Assembly: GCA_965237955.1 (NCBI GenBank)
Contig: OZ250169.1
Coordinates: forward strand, 3,680,001-3,744,000
Source: Candidatus Marinacidobacterales bacterium
Lineage (GTDB): Bacteria; Acidobacteriota; Vicinamibacteria; Marinacidobacterales; SMYC01
Length of the DNA stretch: 64,000 nucleotides
Direction of reading: 5' to 3'
Notes under the pieces: generated by a model
Databases searched by the model: none
Told to the model about the DNA's origin: nothing
What the model saw: the letters and a program-made list of their open reading frames with translations, nothing else
Position numbers and translations under genes: made by a program
In this document: positions 10,318 through 21,700 of the stretch, one piece after another
How positions within the stretch are numbered: the stretch's first letter is position 1
Layout: the number at the start of each line of letters is the position of its first letter

Positions 10318-11701
10318 GGGTCTACGCGGGTTCGTGTGGGTTGAAAACGGCATTTCTGGGTAATGGCGGAAGGAATGCCGCCACGATCTTCAGCTTGAGA
10401 TATCCCTCGTCACGATAGCCGTAGGCGCGTCGTTGCAGAACACGGATTTTGTTGTTGACCCCTTCAACCAGTCCGAGACTGACTTTGTTCTCAGGATGAC
10501 AGTAGGAGGCGATACCATCCCAATGGGACTCAATCATTCCGGCGAACTTCTGGTAGGGATGCAGGCGCTGCCATTTGAGGCTGTCTTTCCAACGTGTGAA
10601 AAAGGCGCGAGCCCCGCGTTCGGTGCGGTAATCCCAGAGTTGCCCGAAGGCCTCCTTCAAAACATAGGCGGTGTTCAGGCGCCGGTTGGCCTGGAGCAAC
10701 TTCTTGAGTGCGCGGCGACCGTCCAGGCTCAGGTTCTCCCGCCGGGAAAGCAACGTGTAACGCTGCCCCTTGATATACGACCGGTCCTCGCCGCTGAGGC
10801 GTTTGTACTCACGGCGCCGGACCTCATCGAGAGCCTTTGACAGGTGACGCATGATATGAAACTTGTCGAAGATGATCCGCGCATTGGGTGCGTTGTTAAT
10901 CACCGAGTTCCGGAAGGGCTTCCACATATCCATGGCGGCCAGCTTGATACGGGCGCTTTTCTTCCCGCCCAGCGCCTTGAAGAACAAATCGATGTCGGTT
11001 TCTTTGCGACCCTCACCGCCCACCCAGATGGGACGCGCCCGCTCCAGGTCGCTGACAATGACACGATAGTTATGTCCCTTGCGGATGGAGATCTCATCGA
11101 TACCGATGGCCCGAGGCGCCGGCAGCCCCGCCCGCTCGACTTGCTCTTGCATGTAGAGCTTATCCAGGTCCTTCACCGTAGTGTGGTGCAGACGTTCCAT
11201 CTCGGCCACCGCCTTGTTCGGCATATCCCGGCACAGCTTGCCCACATGCGTCGCAAAGCGCTGGGTGTAGCGCGGGTTGTTCGCCAGCCAGTCCAAGTGT
11301 TCTACATGCACACCACCGCACCCACGACAGTTGACGCGCCAACGCTCGTATTCCAGATAGATCCGCCAGCCTGCCAACGACAGGTCGCGGACCCGGCACA
11401 CTTGCTTGTCATAGCGCCCCCGGCACCGATGCCCACAGTACGAGCACACGGCTGTTTTTTTCGCCTCTTGAGCTGGATGACGCGGGCGTATCGGTCACCG
11501 AATACACCGTTCAATCGGGCGCCAGCCACGAAACCTGGTAGCGCAAAAAGCGAGCGGATCGACTGGGGATTTTTCACTCGGTTAGCCTATCCTAAAAACG
11601 GATCACTTCTCAGCACCTGATGAAGTGCTGAATACCTTTTCCACACAATGAGTTACACTATTTCTCCGTCAGCATTCGCCCACAGATTTCCGCGTAGACC
11701 C
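10318..11701 (-). mobile_element. ISL3-family element
   Basis: GGGTCTACGCGG termini in inverted orientation, 8-bp AT-rich target duplication AAATAACA (10310-10317 and 11702-11709). Confidence 0.92.
10322..11577 (-). CDS. ISL3 transposase, two ORFs joined by a -1 frameshift at A7 (11455-11461)
   Basis: Zn finger CSYCG...CRGCG, IGIDEIS, MDMWKPF, DKFH, EGVNNKI. The upstream ORF ...QLKRRKK joins TAVCSYC by -1 slippage on CGA AAA AAA C. Confidence 0.88.
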
Positions 11702-12157
11702 AAATAACATTTAGTCTACCTCCTCTGAATGTAAGACTCCTCGGCGAACACATGCAAGTTGTATTCCACTGCCAGCCACAGAAAAATAACACATAAGTCC
11801 ATAGAAATAAGCGTGTTAGGTGGCCGTACCCCTGCCCGATACCCTTTCCTGTTCAAAAATTTGGATGTCATCCGACCGACCGAACGGTCAGCCTGGAACC
11901 CTCGATCAGGTTAATATTCTATCTGAGAATAGCTTGGAGGGACTAGCGACTGACGAATCCGTCGTTCAGAACGATGGATCGGCGCCTTCGGGAGATTGGA
12001 TTTTGACCCAAATAGTCGGAAATCATGGTTAACCGGCGATTTTTTTGAACGCCACAAGCAAGGTGATGTGACCTCGCGGTGTGGTGTAGTATTCCGTGCG
12101 GCAACGCCCGGGGGACGCACGAAATTTACCAAAATTCAATACAGGGAGTCAGCCACG

Positions 12158-15100
12158 ATGCACGCGGGTCTTTCCCCCCGCCTTTTGGCGATTTTCCTCA
12201 TGACCATCCTTGCCGCGGCGTCAACGGCGCGGTCCCAGACGGACATCTCCGAGATTTTCGTTTTGAAAGCTCGGAGCATCGGCCCCTCCGGCATGAGCGG
12301 CCGCATCAGCGCCATTGATGCCGTGAACGCCGACCCCAACATCATCTACGTGGGCGCGGCCACCGGCGGTCTATGGAAGTCCACCTCCGGCGGCGTGACC
12401 TGGATGCCGCTCACCGACAGCATCCCCGCCTCCTCGGTGGGGGCGATCGCGATCTACCAGGCGGCGCCCGAGCTCGTCTGGATCGGCACCGGCGAGCGGA
12501 ATCGCCGCAACTCGGCCGGGGTCGGCACCGGGGTGTACAAGTCGCTGGACGGCGGCAAGAGCTGGCAACACGTGGGGCTCGAGTCGAGCGGCGCGATCGA
12601 CGCGATCGTGTTGCACCCGAGCAATCCGGAGCTTGCCTACGTCGGCGCCCTCGGCAACACCTGGAAGGAGAGCCCGCACCGGGGCGTGTACAAGACCACC
12701 GACGGCGGCAAGAGCTGGGACAAGGTGCTCTACGTGAACGAGACCACCGGTGCCGGCGACCTCGTCATGGATCCCGCGAGCCCCAATCACCTCATTGCCG
12801 CCATGTGGGATCACCGGCGCTGGCCGTGGTTTTTCCGCTCGGGTGGAGCGGGGAGCGGGCTCCACGTCACGTACGACGGCGGCGAGAGCTGGAAGCGGCT
12901 GAGTCCCAACGAAGGCCTCCCCGAGGGCGAGCTCGGCCGCATGGGGCTCGACTTCGCGCGGGGGAACCCCAAGGTGGTTTATGCCGTGGTCGAGGCCAAG
13001 CGCAGCGTAATGCTGCGCTCCGACGACCGTGGCGACACGTGGAAGGTCGTGAACGACTCGTTCACGGCCTTCCACGTTCACGGAAGCGATGTCGCTGAAA
13101 GGATCGCCGGGCGGCCGTTCTACTACGCGCAGGTGCGGGTCGACCCCACCAACGAGGACCGCGTGTATAACTTGCACGGGACGATTGATCGCTCAGAGGA
13201 CGGCGGCAAGCTCTTTCGGCCGCTCCTCCGCTTGGGGCAGGTGCACGGGGATCACCACGCGTTCTGGGTGAGCCCCGACGGCAAGTTCCTGATCGACGGC
13301 AACGACGGCGGGGTCTACCTCTCGCGCGATCGCGGCGCCTCGTGGCGCTTCATCGAGAACCTGCCGCTCGGCCAGTTCTACCACGTCAACGTGGACCTGG
13401 CGACGCCGTTCAACATCATGGGTGGGCTCCAGGACAACCACATGTGGCACGGGCCGAGCTCCGTGTGGCACAACGGCGGCATCCGCTTCTACGACTGGAA
13501 GAACATCGGATTCGGTGATGGCTTCGCCGTGCTCGCCGAGCCCAACGACCCGCGCTACGTCTACGCCACGAGGCAAGGCGGCCGCATCCTCCAGTCCGAT
13601 CTTCAAACCGGCGAGCGCAAGTCCATCGTGCCGGCCCATCCCGAGGCGATCGAGCTCCGGTTCAGCTGGAACGCGGGGATGGCGATCGACCCCCACGACG
13701 GGGCGCTCTACATCGGGAGCCAGTTCGTCCATCGCAGCACGGACATGGGAAGGACGTGGACCCTCATCAGCCCAGACCTCACCACCAACGACCCTGAGAA
13801 GCAGATGCAGGACGAGTCCGGCGGGCTCACGCTCGATGACACCGGGGCGGAGAATCACACCACCATCCTCACCATCGCGCCGTCGCCGGTCGAGCGCGGG
13901 GTGCTCTGGGTCGGCACCGACGACGGCAACGTGCAGCTGACGCGCGACGGCGGCCGCACCTGGCTCAACGTGGTGGAGCGGATCCGCGGCGTGCGCCCGA
14001 ACAGCTGGGTGCCGCACATCGAGGCCTCCAAGTTCGACGGCGGCACGGCGTTCGTGACCTTCGACGATCACCGTCGGGGCGACAACACGCCGTACGTCTT
14101 CAAGACCATGGATTACGGCACCACCTGGACCAGCCTCGTCACCGCGGACATCGAGCCATTCAACTTCGTTCATGTGATCGAGCAGGATCCCGTCGAGGCG
14201 AATTTGCTGTTCCTGGGCACCGAGCACGGAATGTACGTGTCGCTGAACGGAGGCCAGAAGTGGCATCTGTGGCGTCACGGACTCCCGCGGGCTCCCACGC
14301 GGGCCCTCGTCGTGCATCCGAGGGATCACGACCTGGTGATCGCGACACACGGCCGCTCGGTGTACATCCTGGACGATGTGGGGCCGCTGCGCGCGCTGGC
14401 GCGCGATCCCGCGATCGCAAACAGGTCGCTGCACTTGTTCGAGGTCCCGGTGGCCATTCGCTATCAGGTGGCGCCGCCGGATGGGATGCAGGTCACGGGG
14501 GACGGGATGTTCATTGGGGAGAATCGGCCCTACGGGGCGCTCGTGACCTACTCCATTCCCGCCGAGTCCGCGGTAAGAGACACCGCCAAGGTGACCTTCG
14601 AAGTCCTTGACGAGGCTGGTGCCACGATTCGCACGTTCGAGGCTCCGGCCAAGCCGGGCGTCAACCGGACCGCGTGGAACCTGCGACGCGACGCGTTCCG
14701 CCAGCCCCGTGTTCAGGAGGAAGACGCAGCCAGCCCGTCGCTCGTACGGGGGCCGGAGGTGCTGCCCGGCCGTTACACCGTCCGGGTGAAGTTCGAGGGC
14801 CAGGAAGCGAGCGCGGCGGTCGAGGTCCGGGAGGATCCGCGCTTCCAGGTCCCGATGGCGGTGCAGCGTGAGAGGCTGGACTTCATCATGACCGTGGGCC
14901 AGCGTCAGGAAGTCGCCGCCGAAGCGGTCAATCGTCTACGAGACGCGAAGCGCGCCGTCGACCGCGCGGTGGAGCAAGTCGAAGCCAACCGCGGGGCGAC
15001 CGACAGCACCGCCAAGGCGCTGGCATCGGCCGGCCACGACCTCAAGAAGGCGCTCACGAGCGTGGAGGAACTGTTCACTGGACACGGGGTTCAGGGGCAG

Positions 15101-15367
15101 GTGAGCTGGTCGGACGAGGTGCTGCCGCATCTCGGCAATCTCTTCGGTGACATCCACGGCACGCTCAGCTCCGCACGCGAGGCGCCGACCGAGGCCGAGC
15201 GGCTGTACCTGCGGGCGGCCGAAGAGGACCTGAAGCGAGCGCTCAAGCGGACGAACCGGGTCTTCGCGGAGGAGGTGGAGCGGTTCCGGGAGCGGGTGGC
15301 GGCGGGGCTCAACGCGGAGCTCTTCCCGGCGAAGAAGCCTCTGAGCGTCGATTGGAGGCAGCCGTGA
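12158..15367 (+). CDS. Secreted VPS10/sortilin-like BNR (Asp-box) beta-propeller protein, array paralogue A1
   Basis: Signal peptide, RSIGPSGMSGRI, repeated S/TxDGGxS/TW Asp-boxes, GGLQDN, C-terminal Ig-like domain and helical tail; GGGAG RBS before ATG 12158. Confidence 0.88.
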   Translation: MHAGLSPRLLAIFLMTILAAASTARSQTDISEIFVLKARSIGPSGMSGRISAIDAVNADPNIIYVGAATGGLWKSTSGGVTWMPLTDSIPASSVGAIAIYQAAPELVWIGTGERNRRNSAGVGTGVYKSLDGGKSWQHVGLESSGAIDAIVLHPSNPELAYVGALGNTWKESPHRGVYKTTDGGKSWDKVLYVNETTGAGDLVMDPASPNHLIAAMWDHRRWPWFFRSGGAGSGLHVTYDGGESWKRLSPNEGLPEGELGRMGLDFARGNPKVVYAVVEAKRSVMLRSDDRGDTWKVVNDSFTAFHVHGSDVAERIAGRPFYYAQVRVDPTNEDRVYNLHGTIDRSEDGGKLFRPLLRLGQVHGDHHAFWVSPDGKFLIDGNDGGVYLSRDRGASWRFIENLPLGQFYHVNVDLATPFNIMGGLQDNHMWHGPSSVWHNGGIRFYDWKNIGFGDGFAVLAEPNDPRYVYATRQGGRILQSDLQTGERKSIVPAHPEAIELRFSWNAGMAIDPHDGALYIGSQFVHRSTDMGRTWTLISPDLTTNDPEKQMQDESGGLTLDDTGAENHTTILTIAPSPVERGVLWVGTDDGNVQLTRDGGRTWLNVVERIRGVRPNSWVPHIEASKFDGGTAFVTFDDHRRGDNTPYVFKTMDYGTTWTSLVTADIEPFNFVHVIEQDPVEANLLFLGTEHGMYVSLNGGQKWHLWRHGLPRAPTRALVVHPRDHDLVIATHGRSVYILDDVGPLRALARDPAIANRSLHLFEVPVAIRYQVAPPDGMQVTGDGMFIGENRPYGALVTYSIPAESAVRDTAKVTFEVLDEAGATIRTFEAPAKPGVNRTAWNLRRDAFRQPRVQEEDAASPSLVRGPEVLPGRYTVRVKFEGQEASAAVEVREDPRFQVPMAVQRERLDFIMTVGQRQEVAAEAVNRLRDAKRAVDRAVEQVEANRGATDSTAKALASAGHDLKKALTSVEELFTGHGVQGQVSWSDEVLPHLGNLFGDIHGTLSSAREAPTEAERLYLRAAEEDLKRALKRTNRVFAEEVERFRERVAAGLNAELFPAKKPLSVDWRQP

Positions 15368-15432
15368 TAGGTTTACCAGCACAGGGCCCAGGCCGTTCCT
15401 TTACGTTCCTCAAGTCCAGGGAGATAGACGCC

Positions 15433-18400
15433 ATGCACACGGATTTTTCCCCCCGCCTTTTTGCAATTTTCCTCATGACCATCCTTGCCGCGGGGTCCAC
15501 CGCGCGGTCCCAGACGGACATCACCGGGCTCGCCGGTTTGAAAGCGCGGAGCATCGGCCCCTCCGGCATGAGCGGCCGCATCAGCGCCATTGATGCTGTG
15601 AACGCCGACCCCAACATCATCTACGTCGGCGCGGCCACCGGCGGTCTATGGAAGTCCACCTCCGGCGGTTTGGCCTGGACGCCACTTACCGACAGCCTGC
15701 CTGCCACCTCGATCGGGGCCATTGCCATCAACCAGGCGGTACCAGATCTCGTCTGGATCGGGACTGGCGAAGGGGGTCGCCGCAACTCGGCGGGGGTTGG
15801 CACCGGGGTATACAAGTCTTTGGATGGAGGCAAGAGCTGGCAACACCTGGGACTCGAGTCGACCGGCGCGATCGCCTCGGTCTTGCTCCACCCGACCAAT
15901 CCGGAGATTGCCTATGTAGGTGCTCTCGGCAACACCTGGGCGGAGAGCCCAGAGCGGGGGGTGTACAAGACCACCGACGGGGGCAAGAGCTGGGACAAAG
16001 TGCTCTACGTGAGCGAGACCACCGGTGCCGGCGACCTCGTGATGGATCCCGCAAGCCCCAATCACCTCATTGCGGCCATGTGGGACCATCGTCGCTGGCC
16101 GTGGTTTTTCCGCTCGGGTGGACCGGGGAGCGGGCTCCACGTGACGTACGACGAGGGAGAGAGCTGGAAGCGGCTGAGTGCCAACGAAGGCCTCCCCGAG
16201 GGCGAGCTCGGTCGCATGGGGCTCGACTTCGCGAAGGGGAATCCCAAGGTGGTTTATGCGGTGGTCGAGGCCACACGCAGCGTGATGCTGCGTTCTGGCG
16301 ACCGCGGCGGTACGTGGGAAGTCGTGAATGACCAAGGTGCCGGGCGATCGATCGCCTGGCGGCCGTTCTACTTCGCGCAGGTGGCGGTGGACCCCACTAA
16401 TGAGAACCGCGTGTACAACATACTGAATTCGCTAGATGTCTCGGAGGATGGCGGCAAGAATTTTCGCAGCGTGCAGAATCGTGTGCACGGGGATCACCAC
16501 GCGCTCTGGGTGAGTCCCGATGGCAAGATCCTGATCGACGGCAACGACGGCGGGGTCGCCCTCTCGCGCGACCGCGGCGCCTCCTGGCGCGTCATCGAGA
16601 ACCTGCCGCTCGGCCAGTTCTACCACGTCAACGTGGACCTGGCGACGCCTTTCAACGTCATGGGGGGGCTCCAGGATAACGGCAGTTGGCACGGTCCGAG
16701 CTCCGTGTGGAACAGCGGCGGCATCCGCTTCCCCGACTGGAAGAACGTCGGATCCGGGGATGGCATCGCCGTGCTCGCCCATCCCACCAATCCGCGCTAC
16801 ATCTACGTCACGAGGGAGGACGGCCTCATCATCCGGTCCGACCTTCAAACCGGCGAGCGCAAGTCCATCGTGCCGGCCCATCCTGACGCGACCGAGCTCC
16901 GGTTCAGCTGGAACACGGGGATCGCGCTCGACCCCCACGACGGAGCGCTCTACATCGGGAGCCAGTTTGTCCACCGCAGCACGGACATGGGAACGACCTG
17001 GACCCTGATCAGCCCGGACCTCACCACCAACGACCCCGAGAAGCAGATGCAGGACCAATCCGGTGGGCTCACGCGGGACGACAGCTCGGCGGAGAACCAC
17101 ACCACGATCCTCAGCATCGCGCCATCGCCGGTCGAGCGCGGGGTGCTCTGGGTGGGCACCGACGACGGCAACGTGCAGCTGACGCGCGACGGCGGCGGCA
17201 CGTGGACCAACGTGGTGGAGCGGATCGGGGGCGTGCGCCCGAACAGCTGGGTGTCGCACATCGAGGCCTCGAAGTTCGAGGGCGGGACGGCCTTCGTGAC
17301 CTTCGACGATCACCGTCGGGGCGACAACACGCCCTACGTCTTCAAGACCATGGATTACGGCACCACATGGAGGAGCTTGGTCACCGCGGACATCGAGCCA
17401 TTCAACTTCGTTCATGCGATCGAGCAGGATCCCGTCGAGGCGAATCTGCTGTTCCTGGGTACCGAGTACGGCATGTACGTCTCGCTGGACGGAGGCCAGA
17501 AGTGGCATCTGTGGCGTCACGGTCTGCCGCGTGCGCCCACGCGGGCCCTCGTCGTGCATCCGAGGGATCACGACCTGGTGATCGCGACCCACGGGCGCTC
17601 GGTCTACGTCCTGGATGATGTAGGGCCGCTGCGCGCGCTGGCGCGCGATCCCGCGATCGCAAACAGGCCACTACACCTGTTCGAGCCTCCGGTGGCCATT
17701 CGCTATCATCCGTGGATCATGTGGATGAGTCGCGGTATGGGGGACGGGGCGTTCATCGGGGAGAATCGGCCGTATGGCGCGCTGCTGAGCTACTCCATTG
17801 GCAGCCCAAGCGATGGAGCTGTCACCGGTATCGGGAAGAAGGTGAGCATCGAAGTCGTCGACGAGGCCGGTGCCATCATTCGCACGTTCGAGGCCCCGGC
17901 GAAGCCGGGCGTTAACCGCACTGCGTGGGACCTGCGTCACGATGGGTTCCGCCGCCCCCGTGTTCAGGAGGGAAACGCAGCCGGCCGACCGCTCGTACGG
18001 GGGCCGCAGGTGCTGCCAGGCCGCTACACCCTTCGGATCGAGTTCGAGGGCCAGGACGCGAGTGCAGTCGTCGAGGTCCGGGACGATCCGCGCTTCGAGG
18101 CCCCGATTGCAGCGCAGCGTGAGAGGTTGGATTTCATCATGACGGTGGGCCAGCGTCAGGAAGTCGCCACGGAAGCGGTGGATCGTCTGCGAGACGCGAA
18201 GCGCGCCGTCGGCCGCGCGGTGGAGCAGGTCCAAGCCAACTGCGGGGCGACCGACAGCACCGCCAAGGAGCTGGCCCTGGCCGCCGAGGACGTCGAGAAG
18301 GCGCTCACGGACGTGGAGGTATTGTTTACTGGCACGCTGAACAGAGCTTATGCCGACGGCGGACCGCCCCGCGTCCAGGGGTTCCAAGCGTGGCCGGGCG

Positions 18401-18660
18401 AGGTGCTGCCGCAGCTCAACTTCCTCCTCGGTGAGTGTCCAATGTGCACCACCACGTTCACCCCGTCACGCGAAGCGCCGACCGAGGCCGATCAGCTACG
18501 CCTGCGGGCGGCGGATGAGGACCTGAAGCGAGCGCTCGAGCAGACGAACCGGGTTTTTGCTGAGAACGTGCAGCAGTTCCGGGAACGGGTGAAGGGACTC
18601 AACGCGGAGCTCTTCCTGGCGAAGGAGCCGCTGAGCGTCGATTGGAGACAGCCGCGATAG
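15433..18660 (+). CDS. VPS10/BNR beta-propeller protein, paralogue A2
   Basis: Same architecture as A1; GGGAG RBS before ATG 15433. Confidence 0.88.
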   Translation: MHTDFSPRLFAIFLMTILAAGSTARSQTDITGLAGLKARSIGPSGMSGRISAIDAVNADPNIIYVGAATGGLWKSTSGGLAWTPLTDSLPATSIGAIAINQAVPDLVWIGTGEGGRRNSAGVGTGVYKSLDGGKSWQHLGLESTGAIASVLLHPTNPEIAYVGALGNTWAESPERGVYKTTDGGKSWDKVLYVSETTGAGDLVMDPASPNHLIAAMWDHRRWPWFFRSGGPGSGLHVTYDEGESWKRLSANEGLPEGELGRMGLDFAKGNPKVVYAVVEATRSVMLRSGDRGGTWEVVNDQGAGRSIAWRPFYFAQVAVDPTNENRVYNILNSLDVSEDGGKNFRSVQNRVHGDHHALWVSPDGKILIDGNDGGVALSRDRGASWRVIENLPLGQFYHVNVDLATPFNVMGGLQDNGSWHGPSSVWNSGGIRFPDWKNVGSGDGIAVLAHPTNPRYIYVTREDGLIIRSDLQTGERKSIVPAHPDATELRFSWNTGIALDPHDGALYIGSQFVHRSTDMGTTWTLISPDLTTNDPEKQMQDQSGGLTRDDSSAENHTTILSIAPSPVERGVLWVGTDDGNVQLTRDGGGTWTNVVERIGGVRPNSWVSHIEASKFEGGTAFVTFDDHRRGDNTPYVFKTMDYGTTWRSLVTADIEPFNFVHAIEQDPVEANLLFLGTEYGMYVSLDGGQKWHLWRHGLPRAPTRALVVHPRDHDLVIATHGRSVYVLDDVGPLRALARDPAIANRPLHLFEPPVAIRYHPWIMWMSRGMGDGAFIGENRPYGALLSYSIGSPSDGAVTGIGKKVSIEVVDEAGAIIRTFEAPAKPGVNRTAWDLRHDGFRRPRVQEGNAAGRPLVRGPQVLPGRYTLRIEFEGQDASAVVEVRDDPRFEAPIAAQRERLDFIMTVGQRQEVATEAVDRLRDAKRAVGRAVEQVQANCGATDSTAKELALAAEDVEKALTDVEVLFTGTLNRAYADGGPPRVQGFQAWPGEVLPQLNFLLGECPMCTTTFTPSREAPTEADQLRLRAADEDLKRALEQTNRVFAENVQQFRERVKGLNAELFLAKEPLSVDWRQPR

Positions 18661-18711
18661 AGTCTAAGCCGTTCCTTTATGTCCTCAAGTAAGTCCAGGG
18701 AGATAGACGCC

Positions 18712-21700
18712 ATGCATACGGATCTTTCCCCCCGCCTTTCGGCGGTTTTCCTCGTGACCATCCTTGCCGCGGCGTCAACGGCGCGGTCCCAGACGGACAT
18801 CACCGAGCTTGCCGGTTTGAAAGCTCGGAGCATCGGCCCCTCCGGCATGAGCGGCCGCATCAGCGCCATTGATGCCGTGAACGCCGACCCCAACATCATC
18901 TACGTGGGCGCGGCCACCGGGGGTCTATGGAAGTCCACGTCCGGCGGCGTGGCTTGGACGCCGCTCACCGACAGCCTGCCGGCGTCCTCGGTGGGGGCGG
19001 TCTCGATCTACCAGGCGGCGCCCGAGCTCGTTTGGATCGGCACCGGTGAGCACGGCCGCCGCAACTCGGCCGGGGTCGGCACCGGTGTGTACAAGTCGCT
19101 GGACGGCGGCAAGAGCTGGCAACATGTGGGTCTCGAGTCGACGGGGGCGATCAGTGAGATCGTGTTGCACCCGAGCAATCCGGACGTGGCCTACGTGGGC
19201 GCCCTGGGCAACACGTGGAAGGGGAGTGAGGACCGCGGCGTGTACAAGACCACCGACGGCGGCAACACGTGGGAGAAGGTGCTCTACGTGAACGAGACCA
19301 CCGGTGCTGGGGATCTCGTCATGGATCCCGCGAGTCCCAATCACCTCATGGCCGCCATGTGGGATCACCGTCGCTGGCCGTGGTTTTTCCGCTCGGGTGG
19401 AGCGGGAAGCGGGCTCCACGTCACCTACGACGGCGGCGAGAGCTGGAAGCGGCTGAGTCCGAGAGAAGGTCTCCCGGAGGGCGAGCTCGGTCGCATAGGG
19501 CTCGCCTTCGCGCCGGGGAATCCCGAGGTGGTTTATGCGGTGGTCGAGGCCAAACACAGCGTCATGATGCGCTCCGACGACCGCAGCGAGACGTGGAAGG
19601 TCGTAAGCGATAGAGGCGGCTTGCGATCGATCGCGAGACGCCCGTTCTACTTCGCGAGGTTGGTGGTGGACCCCGTCAACGAGAACCGTGTGTACAACTT
19701 GGTGGGGACGTTGAATCTCTCGGAGGATGGCGGCAAGAACTTTCGCAGGCTCCAAAACGGGCGGGTGCACGGGGATCACCATGCGCTCTGGGTGAGCCTC
19801 GACGGCAAGATCCTGATCGACGGCAATGACGGCGGGGTCACCCTTTCACATGACCGGGGTGCCTCGTGGCGCTTCATCGAGAACTTGCCGCTCGGCCAGT
19901 TCTACAAGATCAACGTGGACCTGGCGACGCCGTTCAACGTCATGGGCGGGCTCCAGGACAACGGCATGTGGCACGGACCGAGCTCGGTGTGGAACAACGT
20001 CGGCATCGGCTTCTCCGACTGGAAGGAGGTGGGATCCGGCGACGGCTTCGCGACGCTCGCCGTTCCCGGAAACCCGCGCTACGTTTACTCCACGAGGGAG
20101 GCCGGCTACATCGTCCGATCCGATCTTCAAACCGGTGAGCGCCACACGATCGGGCCCGCCCATCCCGAGGGGATCGATCTCCGCTACAACTGGAACCCGG
20201 GGATGGCCATCGATCCCCACGATGGATCGCTCTACTTCGGGAGCCAGTTCGTCCACCGCAGCACGGACATGGGAACGACGTGGACCCTCCTGAGCCCAGA
20301 CCTCACCACCAACGACCCCGAGAAGCAGATGGCGGACCAATCCGGCGGGCTCTCGCGCGACGACACCGAAGCGGAAAACCACACCGCGATCCTCACCATC
20401 GCGCCGTCGCCGGTCGAGCGTGGGGTGCTCTGGGTCGGCACCGACGACGGCAACGTGCAGCTGACGCGTGACGGCGGCGGCACCTGGGTCAACGTGGTGG
20501 AGCGGATCCGCGGCGTGCGCCCGAACAGCTGGGTGCCGCACATCGAGGCCTCCAAGTTCGAGGGTGGCACGGCCTTCGTGACCTTCGACGATCACCGTCG
20601 GGGCGACAACACGCCCTACGTCTTCAAGACCATGGATTACGGCACCACCTGGACCAGCCTGGTCACCGCGGACATCGAGCCATTCAACTTCGTTCATGTG
20701 ATCGAGCAGGATCCCGTCGAATTTGCTGTTTCTCGGCACCGAATACGGCATGTACGTCTCGCTGAACGGAGGTCAGAAGTGGCATCTGTGGCGTCACGGA
20801 CTCCCGCGTGCTCCGACCCGGGCCCTCGTCGTGCATCCTCGGGATCACGACCTGGTGATCGCGACCCACGGGCGCTCGGTGTACATCCTGGACGACGTGG
20901 GGCCGCTGCGCGCGCTGGCGCGCGATCCGGCGATCTCAAACCGGCCGCTACACTTGTTCGAGGTTCCGGTGACCACTCGCCATCTTCTGTGGCGCCGGTA
21001 TATGACCCGTGGCAACGGGGATGGAATGTTCATTGGGGAGAATCGGCCGTACGGGGCCGCTCGTGACCTACTCCATTTCTACCGAGTCCGTAGCAAGCGA
21101 CACCGCGAAGGTGACCATCGAAGTCCTCGACGAGGCGGGTGCCACGATCCGCACGTTCGAGGCTCCGGCCAAGCCGGGCATCAACCGGACCGCGTGGGAC
21201 TTGCGTCGGGACTCGATCCGCCTGCCTCCTGCGGAAGTGACATCGGCCCCGTCGCTCCACCCGGGGCCGCAAGTGCTGCCCGGCCGCTACACCGTTCGCA
21301 TCGAGCTCACGGGCGAGGAAGTGAGCGCGGCGGTCGAGGTCCGCGAGGATCCGAGATTCGACGTCCCGATCGCGGCCCAGCGCGAGAAGCTGGACTTCCT
21401 CATCACCGTGGGCCAGCGCGTGGAAGTCGCCACGGAAGCAGTCAATCGTCTGCGATACGCGAAACGTGCCGTCGACCGCGTGGTCGAACAAGTCCAGGCC
21501 AACCGCGGGGCGAGCGACGGTACCGCCAAGGAGCTGGCATCGGCCGGTGGCGACCTCAAGGAGGCGCTCACCGACGTGGAGGTGCTGTTCACCGGAGACA
21601 CGATGAACTTTTATCTCGACGGAGGGCCCCAGCGGATTCAGGGGATGGAGAGCTGGCCCGACGACGTGCTACCGCAGCTTTTGGACCTCACCGGCGACGG

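Larger units (their letters stand above)
4366..11710 (-). pseudogene. TonB-dependent receptor (carboxypeptidase-regulatory-like N-domain, Oar-like), interrupted; segments 11702-11710, 9923-10317 and 4366-6979
   Basis: N-part AQTITGQIYGKVTDDQGLAVPGATVTV...QETVTVIG rejoins in frame with ETPLVDVKST once IS21 is removed. Plug motif IEEVQVTTGGATAEFG, barrel strands and a C-terminal Phe (LGIRFNF). GGAGG RBS and ATG 11710 lie upstream of ISL3. Confidence 0.9.
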
